Positions 35,463-45,473 of a DNA stretch of 64,000 nucleotides are shown piece by piece. A program made the position numbers and the translations under genes. The stretch's first letter is position 1, and each line of letters begins with the position of its first letter. Below the pieces are notes generated by a model. It saw only the letters and a list, made by a program, of their open reading frames with translations. It was not told the DNA's origin and made no database searches. This DNA comes from an uncultured Gemmatimonas sp. (GTDB lineage Bacteria; Gemmatimonadota; Gemmatimonadetes; Gemmatimonadales; Gemmatimonadaceae): assembly GCA_964416005.1 (NCBI GenBank), contig CAYQCP010000006.1:20082-84081 (forward strand). The letters are read 5' to 3'.

Positions 35463-36487
35463 TTCTTGACCGCGCCGCGCTGCCGCCGATACTCGTCGCG
35501 GAACCGCAGCGCATCATCGAAGGCGTCGGCGGGTATCACGTTGCCACGAATGAGCGGATAGGACGATTCGGCCAAGCGGCGCCAGATCTCCCGGGCCCGC
35601 GCATCCACCGACACCACCGTGAGCCCGGCCTTCTTCATGGTGTCGATATCGCGCGGGCCACCGGTGCGGACCACTTGCTGGAGCTTCGTCCCCGCCTCCC
35701 GGGCAGCCTGCAGCAACTGCGGCCGGAACTCTTCGGGAATGCGCTCCCACGTCTGCTTCTTGATGACCGTGGCCCCGAGCAGCAACTGCCATTGCATGTC
35801 GGTCATGAACTTCGCGTGTTCGTAGTACCGCGTGATCACCGCCACCTGCGGGGGCGCGAGGAACACTTCGAAGAGCCCCGTCTGGAGCCCCGTAGTGAGT
35901 TCCGTCGATGGTGCAGGCCTGGGATCGAAGCCGAGCTTCTTCCAGACGTCCGTGGTTTGCGGATCACCGGCCCAACTGAACATCTTCAGCCTCTTCATGT
36001 CGTCGGGCACCGCGATCGGCGCTTTCGCAAAGACTTGGTTCCATCCGCCGTCGGCCCAGTTGAGAACCACGTACCCCTTGGCTTCCATCCGCGACTCGAG
36101 CTTGGGCCGCATCTTCTCAAGCACTGCATAGACCTCGTCGTAGTCACCGAACGCCATCGGGATACCCAAGGCGTACACACTCCGGTCGATCTCGGCGATG
36201 CCCACCGAGGTCAAGACGCCCGCGTTGAGTGTGCCCAGGTGCATCTTGCGCACCACATCGGGATCGTCACCCTGCCGGCCGCCGGGGTACAGGAGCACAC
36301 GGACCTTGCCGCCTGAGATCCTGTTCCACTTGTCGGCGACTTCCTTCAGCACTAGGAACCACGAGGAGTTCTCCGGTACCAGCGTGGCCATCTTGACCGT
36401 GATCGGCGCCTGGGCCTGCGCGGGCGCCACGATCCCCACCGCGAGAGCGAGGGTGAAACCGAACGGCAGCAAAAGTCTGCGTGTCAT
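35459..36487 (-). CDS. TRAP transporter substrate-binding protein (DctP family)
   Basis: Signal peptide MTRRLLLPFGFTLALAVGIVAPAQA. DctP-like body. Confidence 0.9.
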   Translation of the reverse strand: MTRRLLLPFGFTLALAVGIVAPAQAQAPITVKMATLVPENSSWFLVLKEVADKWNRISGGKVRVLLYPGGRQGDDPDVVRKMHLGTLNAGVLTSVGIAEIDRSVYALGIPMAFGDYDEVYAVLEKMRPKLESRMEAKGYVVLNWADGGWNQVFAKAPIAVPDDMKRLKMFSWAGDPQTTDVWKKLGFDPRPAPSTELTTGLQTGLFEVFLAPPQVAVITRYYEHAKFMTDMQWQLLLGATVIKKQTWERIPEEFRPQLLQAAREAGTKLQQVVRTGGPRDIDTMKKAGLTVVSVDARAREIWRRLAESSYPLIRGNVIPADAFDDALRFRDEYRRQRGAVKK

Positions 36488-36502
36488 GGGTAGCTCAGCA
36501 CT

Positions 36503-37426
36503 CTAGTTGACGAACAAATCGTCAATTCGGGCCAGGAGCCAGCGCGCGCGCCGCTGGCTGATGACGTTGGCCAGTTTCTGGTCGGGAGCCTTGTTGATGT
36601 CGATGGCCAGCGCCTGGTTGAGGAGCGTCTCGAATTCCTTGCGGTTGTTCTCCTGGATGCACACCGACTCGGCCAGCGAGACGTAGGGCGCAAGGCGCGT
36701 GCCGTTCGCCAGGCGCGTGGCCTGTGCGAAGTGCTCGCGAGCGGCGGCCATCGACCCTCCGGTCGATGCGTGGGCGGCATCCCACGCAATGAAGAAGTCG
36801 TGCAGTGAACCCTGCTCCCAGGTTTCGTCCAGGGCGAGCGCCCGCCGCATCATCTTTTCGATGACGGTCTGCCGCACGGACAGCTCGGCGTCGTTCACGT
36901 CCACCGCCAGCGCCGACGCCCAGGCCGCGGCGGTCCAGTACAGCAGCGGAACGTGCTTCCGCGTGGCCTTGGCCAGGACGGCGTCGGGGTCCGCGATGAG
37001 GCGGTCGCGGAAGCCCGGAATGTCGACGTCGAGCCCCCGCAGTCCGTAGTCCACCGCCCGCAGGTAGAGCTGCTTGGCGCGCGCGCGCAACCGCGTGGCC
37101 CGGTCCAGGTCCTGCGTCTCGATGAAGTCGGATTCCTGCTGTACGAATGCGTACCCGTACTGCGTGAACCCGCTGGCGGCCGTCGTCAGCAGGGGCTGGT
37201 GCCTGGGCGACTGCTGGATGAGGCTCTCGATGGTCTTGAGCGCGAAGGGCAGCGCGTCGCGGACGAGTTCCGGGTCGTCGTCCCTGGCGAACGTCGAGGT
37301 GCTGCCCGCGGCCATGGCATTGCCCAGCGAGTTAATGGCGATCCTCTTGAGGGAGCACCCCGCCAATGGCAGCATCAGCGCACCCAGCACGACTGCGCGC
37401 AGGGTGGAACGGAGCGATGCAGTCAT
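36503..37426 (-). CDS. TRAP-T-associated TatT-family TPR lipoprotein
   Basis: Internal ATG gives MTASLRSTLRAVVLGALMLPLAGC (lipobox). DPELVRDALPFALKTIESL and LLYWTAAAWASALAV are typical of TatT components. Confidence 0.8.
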   Translation of the reverse strand: MTASLRSTLRAVVLGALMLPLAGCSLKRIAINSLGNAMAAGSTSTFARDDDPELVRDALPFALKTIESLIQQSPRHQPLLTTAASGFTQYGYAFVQQESDFIETQDLDRATRLRARAKQLYLRAVDYGLRGLDVDIPGFRDRLIADPDAVLAKATRKHVPLLYWTAAAWASALAVDVNDAELSVRQTVIEKMMRRALALDETWEQGSLHDFFIAWDAAHASTGGSMAAAREHFAQATRLANGTRLAPYVSLAESVCIQENNRKEFETLLNQALAIDINKAPDQKLANVISQRRARWLLARIDDLFVN

Positions 37427-37608
37427 GGGCCTCAAGGGGTTCAACCGCCGCCCTGAGTTCGGCGTCGGTATCACGCGATGCGTAATCCATGCATCGCCTG
37501 CACCTCGGACGCGAACGCGAAGAGCGCGTCGGAGATCGTCATGACTCCAACCCGCGCTGCAGGTGGAGGCGACGCGTGCAGGCCCATCCGGAGCGCACAC
37601 CGGAACGG

Positions 37609-38238
37609 TCAAAAGCGGTATCCCACGCCCGCGAACATCGCGAGGTCGGCGCGCGCGGTCTCCGGGATTGTTCCAGCCACACCACGGTACGACGACTGGT
37701 AGTCGCGCACCTCGGTCCGGAGCGTGAACCTGCTCGACTCCCGACTCAGGTCAGCGCCGAGCGACAGATACGCGTCGAACTGCGTGTCCGAACCTCCCCC
37801 CTGCCGGACCCGGTAGGTGCGTGCGCCAAGTCCGCTGCCGAGAAAGACGGCGAGCTTGGAGATTCCCATCTGAACGAGATCCGGGAGCCGACCTTCCAGT
37901 CCGACATCATTCTGGATCACGTCAACCCGGCGATTCGTGACGAACGCCCGCGCGCCCGCAGGCGCCCAGCCAAATGTGCCAGTCACGATCCAGTGACGCT
38001 CAACGTGCCAGCCGAGCTGACCGCCAAACCACCCAGCGTCGCTGATGTCGTCACGCAGGTCTCCCCGCGCGACGAATCCGCCGGTGATCACGCGGATCTC
38101 GAATGCGCGGTCGTCGGAGGCTCGTCGCGTTGCCGACTGCGCGACGGCTGGCGCCGCGAGCGCCAATAGCGTGACAACGAGCGCAATCACGTACTTGCGG
38201 GCGTGGGCCGCCTCCGACGCCAACGCCACTGTCGTCAT
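37609..38238 (-). CDS. Small outer-membrane beta-barrel protein
   Basis: Internal ATG MTTVALASE...LALAAPAVAQS (signal peptide). The C-terminus ...MFAGVGYRF ends in Phe. ATGA overlap with the upstream regulator gene. Confidence 0.7.
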   Translation of the reverse strand: MTTVALASEAAHARKYVIALVVTLLALAAPAVAQSATRRASDDRAFEIRVITGGFVARGDLRDDISDAGWFGGQLGWHVERHWIVTGTFGWAPAGARAFVTNRRVDVIQNDVGLEGRLPDLVQMGISKLAVFLGSGLGARTYRVRQGGGSDTQFDAYLSLGADLSRESSRFTLRTEVRDYQSSYRGVAGTIPETARADLAMFAGVGYRF

Positions 38239-38801
38239 CTCGCCGGTGCTCGAAGGCCGCGTCGGGTCGTCTTGGTGGCGACGGCGGGCGTGGAGCGAGG
38301 CGTGCGCGAGCGAGGCTTCGTCGCGTTCCTCTGCGTCGCGACACGTGCGCTGCGCGGCATGCTCCGCCAGTGTGCAAGGGCCGAAGCCATCGAGTCGAGC
38401 GTGAACCGATGCGCCGCTTCCAGTTCCTCGAGTCGCGCCTTGATGACCTCGCCCTGGCCACCGACGGCCGCCCGCGTTGCCCCAATGACGTCGAGCAAGC
38501 GCTGCCACCGCGCGAGCCGTTGTTCGACTGTCCGCGCCAAGATGTCAGGCGAGATAATGTAGTAGTCCTGTCGGTCGCCTGAGCGACCGACGCGTTCGAC
38601 AATGCCCAGATGCTCAAGCAACCGCGCGTTGGTGCTGACGCTCGCCTTGGTCACGGCGAGTTCGTCTGCCAGTTCGCCGAGCGCGCGGGGATGCTCGCTC
38701 AGCAGAAGCAGGCCGAACAGGCGACCGGCGACGCGCGAATATCCCTCGTTTCGGAGGATGACACCGAACTGTTCGATCAGGCGACTGGTGACGGCGTTCA
38801 T
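38235..38801 (-). CDS. GbsR/MarR-family transcriptional regulator
   Basis: MNAVTSRLIEQFGVILRNEGYSRVAGRLFGLLLLSEHPRALGELADELAVTKASVSTNARLLEHLGIVERV. Confidence 0.7.
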   Translation of the reverse strand: MNAVTSRLIEQFGVILRNEGYSRVAGRLFGLLLLSEHPRALGELADELAVTKASVSTNARLLEHLGIVERVGRSGDRQDYYIISPDILARTVEQRLARWQRLLDVIGATRAAVGGQGEVIKARLEELEAAHRFTLDSMASALAHWRSMPRSARVATQRNATKPRSRTPRSTPAVATKTTRRGLRAPAR

Positions 38802-39086
38802 CGCACGAGCTCCGGTTGACTGGTGCTTGCTATCGTTTAGAAGTATCTTAACGATATTGAATCGCCCCGGCAAGGCGCTCCTGCTCGCGCGTGGCGGTCG
38901 CCCGGTTTCGCCGTCGCAGAGAACATCATCGCCCGCAGCAATCGCCGAGAATCCAACCCGAGTCACCATGCGGCTTTCCTGCAGTGCCTCACCCATCGAC
39001 CTCGGCGGCATCCCCGGTGGTCGTCCAACCGAACGGTCCGCGTGCTTGTCCTGGAACCCGTGACCAAGGCTCCGTCGGCGCGGCGC

Positions 39087-39701
39087 ATGAGCCCGCATCT
39101 CATCGCCAACGTCCGCACCGTCGGCTCATGCGCGGCGGGCGTGTTGTTCGCCGCCGGCAGCATCCGCACCGCCGCATGGCTGCTCGGGTGTTCGGCATGC
39201 CTCGGCCTGATACGTCGCCTCGATTCGCGCGGCATCGCCCCTTCACCCACCCGTGGCGTCCCCCGCATGCCTGCGCTGGATTGCATCGCCGACGGGTTCC
39301 TCTTCGGTGGCATCACGTTCTTCTTCGCCACCGACGCCTGGCACCGCTTTCTCCCGATGGTCGCGGTCGGGATCACGGGGATGCTCGCGACGATGATGTC
39401 GATCTATGCTGAAGCGCGCGCCGAGATGCGCGGCGTCGCCGTGGAGCGCTCCGCCATCATGGTGCGCCCCGAGCGCTTCGTCCTGCTCGCGGTGCCACAG
39501 GCGTTTCTCGGACTGGCGCTTGATGGAATGCTGTTGCGGTCCGTCTTTGTTCTGTTTGGAGTCTCCGCCATCGTCCGAGCCGTAAACCGCATGGCGGTCG
39601 ATTACCTGGCGACGCAAGGTCTGGCGCCATCCCGCGCGCAAACGGTCGACTATACCCTTCTCGGCCCGTCCCTCTTCTCACGTTCCGATTCCTCGGAGTG
39701 A
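39087..39701 (+). CDS. Polytopic membrane protein, CDP-alcohol phosphatidyltransferase-like with a degenerate motif
   Basis: Hydrophobic helices. Only a partial motif is present (LDCIAD = D-x3-D); the DG-x2-AR part is not recognisable (RLDSRGIA). It ends 4 nt before the inositol-1-P synthase gene. Confidence 0.4.
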   Translation: MSPHLIANVRTVGSCAAGVLFAAGSIRTAAWLLGCSACLGLIRRLDSRGIAPSPTRGVPRMPALDCIADGFLFGGITFFFATDAWHRFLPMVAVGITGMLATMMSIYAEARAEMRGVAVERSAIMVRPERFVLLAVPQAFLGLALDGMLLRSVFVLFGVSAIVRAVNRMAVDYLATQGLAPSRAQTVDYTLLGPSLFSRSDSSE

Positions 39702-39705
39702 CCCC

Positions 39706-41025
39706 TTGAGTCAGCCGCCTATCGACGGCATTCGCCGCGCCCACGGAAGGCTGGGCATCCTGACGCCCGGGCTGGGTGCCGTCGCGACCACCTTCATCGC
39801 CGGTGTGGAAAGCGTGCGCCGGGGGCTCACCAAGCCCATCGGGTCACTGACGCAAATGTCGACCATTCGACTCGGCAAGCGCAGCGACCATCGGGCGCCC
39901 TTGATTCGCGACTTTGTGCCGCTCGCCGGGCTCGAGGACATTGTATTCGGCGCCTGGGACCCGATTCCGGACGACGCCTACACGGCGGCGAAAAAGGCGG
40001 GTGTGCTGGATGACAAGCACCTGGATCCGCTCAAGGATTTCCTGTCCGCTATCGAGCCTATGCCGGCGGTCTTCGACCAGCACTATGTGACCCGCCTGCA
40101 TGGCACGAACGTGAAGCGCGGCCGGACCAAGCGTGAGCTCGCAGTGCAGCTCCGCCACGACATTCGCAACTTCAAGTGGTCGAACGGCTGCGATCGCCTG
40201 GTCATCGTGTGGTGTGGCTCCACGGAGATCTTCATCAAACCGTCGGCGGTGCACCAGACCATTGAGGCGTTCGAGCAGGGCATGGCCGACAACCATCCGG
40301 ACATCGCACCGTCCATGCTCTACGCGTGGGCGAGCATCATGGAGGGAGTGCCGTACAACAATGGCGCTCCCAACTTGGCGGTGGACACCCCGGCACTCGT
40401 CGCCCTGGCCAATCGCGAAGGCGTGCCGATCTCCGGCAAGGACTTCAAGACCGGCCAGACGTGGCTGAAGACGGTCATTGCGCCCGGACTGAAGGCGCGC
40501 ATGCTTGGCCTCGCGGGATGGTACTCGACGAACATTCTCGGCAACCGCGACGGCGAGGTGCTCGATGACCCGGCTTCGTTCAAAACGAAAGAGGAGTCCA
40601 AGCTGAGCGTGCTGCACGACATCCTCCAACCGGAGAGCTACCCGGACCTGTACAAGGACTTCGCGCACGTCGTTCGCATCAACTACTACCCCCCGCGCGG
40701 AGACAACAAGGAGGGGTGGGACAACATCGACATCGTCGGGTGGATGGGCTACCCGATGCAGATCAAGGTGAACTTCCTCTGTCGCGACTCGATCCTCGCG
40801 GCCCCCATCGTGCTCGACCTCGCGCTGTTCAGCGATTTCGCCCAGCGTGCCGGGCTGAAGGGGATTCAGGAATGGCTCAGTTTCTATTACAAGTCACCGA
40901 TGGCCGCCGCGGGATTGCGCCCCGAGCACGATCTGTTCATCCAACAGACCAAGCTGAAGAACACGCTCCGCTTCCTCATGGGCGAAGAACAGATCACGCA
41001 TCTCGGCGTGGAATACTATCCATGA
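39706..41025 (+). CDS. ino1: myo-Inositol-1-phosphate (inositol-3-phosphate) synthase
   Basis: 439 aa. GILTPGLGAVATTFIAG, VIVWCGSTE, NGAPNLAV, SGKDFKTGQT and NILGNRDG are family-typical segments. Confidence 0.9.
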   Translation: MSQPPIDGIRRAHGRLGILTPGLGAVATTFIAGVESVRRGLTKPIGSLTQMSTIRLGKRSDHRAPLIRDFVPLAGLEDIVFGAWDPIPDDAYTAAKKAGVLDDKHLDPLKDFLSAIEPMPAVFDQHYVTRLHGTNVKRGRTKRELAVQLRHDIRNFKWSNGCDRLVIVWCGSTEIFIKPSAVHQTIEAFEQGMADNHPDIAPSMLYAWASIMEGVPYNNGAPNLAVDTPALVALANREGVPISGKDFKTGQTWLKTVIAPGLKARMLGLAGWYSTNILGNRDGEVLDDPASFKTKEESKLSVLHDILQPESYPDLYKDFAHVVRINYYPPRGDNKEGWDNIDIVGWMGYPMQIKVNFLCRDSILAAPIVLDLALFSDFAQRAGLKGIQEWLSFYYKSPMAAAGLRPEHDLFIQQTKLKNTLRFLMGEEQITHLGVEYYP

Positions 41026-41109
41026 GGTACTGACGATCGATTGGAGAGTTCCAATCGACCAGCTGACCACCAGCGCATTTGGCTGCGCCTCCACCGGAAC
41101 TGACGCATC

Positions 41110-41601
41110 GTGAACGACCCGGAACAGAGTCCCATTTCAGTCGAGGATCTGGCCCAGCTGTTCAGCCAGCACATGCCGCACGGCCGTGATATCGGCATGG
41201 CCCTGGATGAGCGGACATCTGATGGCCAGACCCGGATGCGCCTGCCCGCCCAGCCATTTCTGTCCGACGACACGAACGGCGAGTGTTTCTTTCCTGGCGT
41301 GCTGTTCAGCTTGGCCGACTCGGCCTGTGGCCTGGCGGTGCTTCGCGCGCTGGGACGAGTTGTTCCGATCGCCACGCTGGATATGCGCATCGACCACCTG
41401 GCATCCGCCAGCATGGATGCCGACCTTGTGGCCGTGGCGGAGTGTTACCGCATGACGTCGTCCATCGCCTTCGCCCGCTGCGAGCTGCACAGCGGACCGC
41501 AGTCCGAGGTGTGCGCGATCGCCGTGGGCACGTTCATGTTGTCATCAAGCTCGGCACTGGTTCCCGACATCAGCCGGTTCGCAGGAGTTGAACCGAGATG
41601 A
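41110..41601 (+). CDS. PaaI-type hotdog-fold thioesterase
   Basis: GVLFSLADSACGLAVL and the overall ~160-aa hotdog pattern. Confidence 0.75.
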   Translation: MNDPEQSPISVEDLAQLFSQHMPHGRDIGMALDERTSDGQTRMRLPAQPFLSDDTNGECFFPGVLFSLADSACGLAVLRALGRVVPIATLDMRIDHLASASMDADLVAVAECYRMTSSIAFARCELHSGPQSEVCAIAVGTFMLSSSSALVPDISRFAGVEPR

Positions 41602-42053
41602 GCGCCAGCAACGACCATGAAAGGAGCGCGCTGCAGCTACCGCGTGTTCGGATACAGGCCGCGTTGGAGGCGATGCCTTATGCACGCCACCTGGGCATTC
41701 GCCTCGCCGGGGCCGTACCGGGCGATGGCGCGCTGTTTCACCTGCCCTTCGACGCGCGCCTGATCGGCAACGTCACGCTGCCAGCCCTGCACGGCGGCGT
41801 GGTCGCGTCCTTCATGCAGATTGCTGCGATAGCGGCGACCTGGGCGCTCACGCGCGCAGATGTGCAACCGAAGCTGGTGGACTTTTCGCTCGACTTCCTG
41901 AGTTCGGCCGGTCCGTCGGACATCTTTGCCCAGTGCGAGTTTCATCGCGTCGGCAAGCGCATCGCCGCGGTCGGGGTCCGTTGCTGGCAGCGGAGCTCGA
42001 TCGAGCCCGTCGCGCTGGGCCGAGCGCATCTGTTCGTCGCGCCATCAGCGTAG
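41598..42053 (+). CDS. PaaI-type hotdog-fold thioesterase (second copy)
   Basis: LHGGVVASFMQIAAIAATW. ATGA overlap with the preceding thioesterase gene. Confidence 0.75.
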   Translation: MSASNDHERSALQLPRVRIQAALEAMPYARHLGIRLAGAVPGDGALFHLPFDARLIGNVTLPALHGGVVASFMQIAAIAATWALTRADVQPKLVDFSLDFLSSAGPSDIFAQCEFHRVGKRIAAVGVRCWQRSSIEPVALGRAHLFVAPSA

Positions 42054-42063
42054 GAGGAAAACC

Positions 42064-42786
42064 ATGACAGACGACGTAACACACGACGTAACACCCTTGC
42101 CGCCGACCGCAGGTCCATCGCAGGCTTCGCTCTTGCCCACGGCGATCGTGGATTGCGACCATCCGGCAGTGCGGGCTTTTGCACGTGAGCATGCTCGAGG
42201 GGTGGATGAGCGCGCATGCGCGGTGTCGCTGTTCTATGCGGTGCGAGACGGTTTTCGATATGACCCGTACCGCGCTGCCGACCTGACCCTGACGGGCGTC
42301 CGCGCCAGCTCCGTGCTCGAGGTGAAGGCAGGGTGGTGCGTCACCAAGGCTACCCTCCTGACAGCCGCCTGCCGAGCCGCGGGCATCCCCGCCCGGATGG
42401 GCTTTGCCGACGTTTTTAACCACCTGTCCACCGAACGCATGCGCCAGGCCATGCAAACGGAAGTGTTCGTGTGGCACGGCTTTTCGGAAATCTGGCTCGA
42501 CGGTGCCTGGCGCAAGGCCACCCCCGCATTCAACATCGACCTGTGCGAGAAGTTCGGCTTGCTGCCGCTGGAGTTCGACGGGGTGGACGACTCGCTGTAT
42601 CAGCCGTTCGACCGCAGCGGCCATCGTCACATGGAGTACCTGCGCTATCACGGTAGTTTCGACGACGTGCCGCTGAAACGCATCCTGGCCGATTTTGTTC
42701 GTGTCTATCCCGGCTGGCGTGCAGCTGCGGAGCAGCTCACGACGCCGAACTTCGACCGCGACGTCTCCCGGGAAACGCAGACCTGA
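42064..42786 (+). CDS. Transglutaminase-like cysteine peptidase-fold protein
   Basis: GWCVTKATLLTAACRAAGIPARMGF (Cys), VWHGFSEIWL (His), and a downstream Asp. The 12-nt motif acgacgtaacac is tandemly duplicated at the 5' end. Confidence 0.8.
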   Translation: MTDDVTHDVTPLPPTAGPSQASLLPTAIVDCDHPAVRAFAREHARGVDERACAVSLFYAVRDGFRYDPYRAADLTLTGVRASSVLEVKAGWCVTKATLLTAACRAAGIPARMGFADVFNHLSTERMRQAMQTEVFVWHGFSEIWLDGAWRKATPAFNIDLCEKFGLLPLEFDGVDDSLYQPFDRSGHRHMEYLRYHGSFDDVPLKRILADFVRVYPGWRAAAEQLTTPNFDRDVSRETQT

Positions 42787-42948
42787 CGATCAGGGCGTTT
42801 GCGCTGCCGGCGCTCGCATCCACCTCGCGGGAGCATGGGGCGTTCACGCCGTGAGCGATGGACGTGTGGGTTCCCCCACCCGTTGGGTATCGATCCACGG
42901 GGCCCGATCGCACGCCCGGCACGCGGCAGCACTTGACAGGGAACATCG

Positions 42949-43275
42949 ATGTTCGTAGATATGTCGAATGCCAGCCGCAACGCCCTCATGAAGGAATCCG
43001 AGTTCAGTCGGATCGCCAAGGCCCTGGCGGATCCGCGGCGGTTTGAGATTCTCAAGGTCATAATTGACGCCGGCGAGATCTCGTGTGGTGAGGTGGCCGC
43101 TCGGTTTCCGGTCAGCCAGTCGACGATATCGCACCATCTCCGCCTGTTGACGGAGGCAGGGCTGGTGCGCGTGCGGCGTGAGGGGCAGTTCGGGTATTTC
43201 TCGCCCAAGCCGGCAACATTCGAGAAGTACATCGAGGCGCTCGGCAGCAATCTGAGAGAAAGAGTCCCGATGTAG
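42949..43275 (+). CDS. ArsR/SmtB-family transcriptional regulator
   Basis: LADPRRFEILKVIIDAGEISCGEVAARFPVSQSTISHHLRLLTEAGLV. Confidence 0.85.
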   Translation: MFVDMSNASRNALMKESEFSRIAKALADPRRFEILKVIIDAGEISCGEVAARFPVSQSTISHHLRLLTEAGLVRVRREGQFGYFSPKPATFEKYIEALGSNLRERVPM

Positions 43276-43407
43276 GGTCACTGCGCACCGGGGCGTGGCA
43301 TAGCGGCCAAGGGGCTTGGCAGAATGCATCGATATATGGATGATGTTCGATGAATAGTACGACCGCAGGCGTTGTTCGCACCGAACCCTGATTCGTGAGG
43401 TACGGCA

Positions 43408-44319
43408 GTGAGTCAAGACCCAAGCTCCACGCTGCTCGTGACCGGCGGATCCGGCCGCCTCGGCCGCCGCGTGCTCGAGCTTTTGCTTGCGCACGGCGAT
43501 CACGCGATCATCGCCACAACGCGCAGGCCTGACACGCTGGCCGGTCTTCCCGATGATCGGGTAGAGGTCCGACAGGCCGACTTTGAGCAGGCGCCGAGCC
43601 AGTTGGCCACCGCCTTCCGGGGCGCCGATCGAATGCTGCTGATCAGCACCGATGCGGTGGATCGGCCCGGTCGAAGGTTCGAGCAAGCCAGTCGGGCCGT
43701 CGAGGCCGCCGCCCTGGGGGGCGTGCGGCACATCGTGTACACCTCGCTGGCGCACCCGGTGGAGGACTCGCCTGTTCTTATCGCGCGGGATCACGCGAAG
43801 ACGGAGCAGGCGCTGGCGGCGAGCGGCGTGGGGTACACCGCCCTGCGCAACAACCTGTATACCGACTTTCTGCCCATGAACCTGTCGGCGGCAATTGCGT
43901 CGGGGCGGCTGGTTGCCGCGGCAGGTGACGGCCGTGCGGCCTATGTCACCCGTGAGGATTGCGCACAGGCTGCGGCGGCGGCGCTCCGCTCGGACTTCGA
44001 TGGCACGCGCTACTTCGAGATCACCGGCCCCGCGGCCGTGAGTTACGCCGAACTGGCGGCGCTTGCCAGCGAGTTGTCGGGCACGGACGTCGCCTTCGTG
44101 CCCGTCGACACCGACGCGCTCATTGCCGACATGATCGGGAGCGGGCTGCCGGAACCCGTGGCTCGCCTGATGGCCTCTTTCGACGCCGGCATGCAGGGCG
44201 GTTACTTCGCGCCGGTCACGAGTGCGGTGCAGGAGCTGACTGGCCGGCCGCCAATGAGCGTGCGGTCGTTCCTTGAGTCGCACCGCGACGCGCTCGAACG
44301 ACGATCGGTGACACCGTAG
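43408..44319 (+). CDS. NmrA-like / SDR-family NAD(P)-binding oxidoreductase
   Basis: LLVTGGSGRLGRRVLELLL. GTG start. Confidence 0.8.
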   Translation: MSQDPSSTLLVTGGSGRLGRRVLELLLAHGDHAIIATTRRPDTLAGLPDDRVEVRQADFEQAPSQLATAFRGADRMLLISTDAVDRPGRRFEQASRAVEAAALGGVRHIVYTSLAHPVEDSPVLIARDHAKTEQALAASGVGYTALRNNLYTDFLPMNLSAAIASGRLVAAAGDGRAAYVTREDCAQAAAAALRSDFDGTRYFEITGPAAVSYAELAALASELSGTDVAFVPVDTDALIADMIGSGLPEPVARLMASFDAGMQGGYFAPVTSAVQELTGRPPMSVRSFLESHRDALERRSVTP

Positions 44320-44383
44320 TTGGTGGCGTGACGCCCCGGGCACCGTCACGACATCGGTGTATTCCCCCCACAAGGAGCTGAAA

Positions 44384-44728
44384 ATGGACACGCTCGCAAT
44401 GGATCAGCAGTTGAACGCGATGATCATCGATGGAAAGTCCGTGGACGCATTCCATCGGTTTTACGCCGAGGACGTTGTCGCGCAGGAGAACGACGAGCCC
44501 GAACGTGTCGGCCGCGATGCATGGCTGCGGGCCCGCCAGGAAATGGAGAAGAACATCACTTCCTTCGACGCACGTGTCCTCGCGCACGCGGCACATGGCG
44601 ACACGTCCTTCTCCGAGTGGGAGTTCAAGATGGTGATCGAAGGCATGGGCGCACTGACGATCGCCCAGGTCGCGGTCCGCCGCTGGAAGGACGGGCGGGT
44701 CATTCGCGAACGCTTCTATCACAAGTAG
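44384..44728 (+). CDS. SnoaL/NTF2-like small protein
   Basis: Internal ATG preceded by AAGGAG. About 114 aa of alpha+beta pattern, ending RRWKDGRVIRERFYHK. Confidence 0.6.
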   Translation: MDTLAMDQQLNAMIIDGKSVDAFHRFYAEDVVAQENDEPERVGRDAWLRARQEMEKNITSFDARVLAHAAHGDTSFSEWEFKMVIEGMGALTIAQVAVRRWKDGRVIRERFYHK

Positions 44729-44829
44729 GCTGGCGACAGCTGCACCGCGCTGGGCATCGCCGGGCCACGAGTGTTCGTGGCCCGGTGCGCATGCGCCAGC
44801 CCTGGCTGCGCCCCCCCCCCGCCGCGCCC

Positions 44830-45456
44830 TCACCCCGCGACGCTGCCCAGCACCGCGCGCACGATCGTTACCGCGTCGGGCATGGCGATCTCGCCGGTGT
44901 TGATCTGCAGCGTGTACAGCAGCGGGTCCGTCACATCGCGCCCGTGGAACTCCTTGACGTAATGCGCGCGGTCGCGGTCGAAGTGGTGCGCCATGGCCAC
45001 CGCTTCCTTTTCGGTGCACCCGCGGCGCGTCGCGATGCGGCGGCTGCGATCGGCGATCGGCGCAACCAGCCGGACCCGCAGCGTGCGGGGGCGCTCGGCG
45101 AAGATGGCCTGCGCACCGTGGCCGACGATGATCGCGGGCGACGAGGCAGCCGCCTCGACGAGGAAGTCGCGGGTCGCCGCGGCCACATCTCCCGCCTGCG
45201 GAAGACTGGCCACCTCCACGGCGACAGGAACCTCGGGCGTGCCGATCATGAGCGCGCCGCCGATGCGTTCGAAGAACCCGGGCGCGTGCTCGTCCCATTG
45301 CGCCAGCGAGGCGCGGCTGAGGCCCAGGCGACCAGCCACGGTGAGCGCGATGTCCGCGTCGAGCACGCGCCATCCGAGGGCGGTCCTGAGCAGGGCGGCA
45401 AGTTCGCTGGCGCCGGCGCCGTACTCGCGGGAGAGGGTGATGAGGTCGAACCGCAT
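44830..45456 (-). CDS. Cytidylate kinase-like family protein
   Basis: ITLSREYGAGASELAALLRTALGWRVLDADI. Confidence 0.7.
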   Translation of the reverse strand: MRFDLITLSREYGAGASELAALLRTALGWRVLDADIALTVAGRLGLSRASLAQWDEHAPGFFERIGGALMIGTPEVPVAVEVASLPQAGDVAAATRDFLVEAAASSPAIIVGHGAQAIFAERPRTLRVRLVAPIADRSRRIATRRGCTEKEAVAMAHHFDRDRAHYVKEFHGRDVTDPLLYTLQINTGEIAMPDAVTIVRAVLGSVAG

Positions 45457-45473
45457 GGCAGTATGGAAGAGGG

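Noticed and set aside
32437-35517. 1026-aa minus-strand ORF
   Set aside because: It is antisense to the 3' end of the RND-OMF gene and out of frame with the DctQM gene. The composition is extremely Arg/Gly/Pro/His-rich with no motif. This is a typical high-GC shadow ORF.
38051-39098. Long N-terminal extensions and overlapping ORFs around the GbsR/MarR gene
   Set aside because: The family sequence begins at the internal ATG 38801. The upstream extension and ORFs 38051..38617 and 38203..38562 are Arg-rich and overlap the better-supported OMP and regulator genes.
42844-44391. 515-aa minus-strand ORF
   Set aside because: It is antisense to the well-supported ArsR and NmrA-like genes. It is Arg-rich with no motif.
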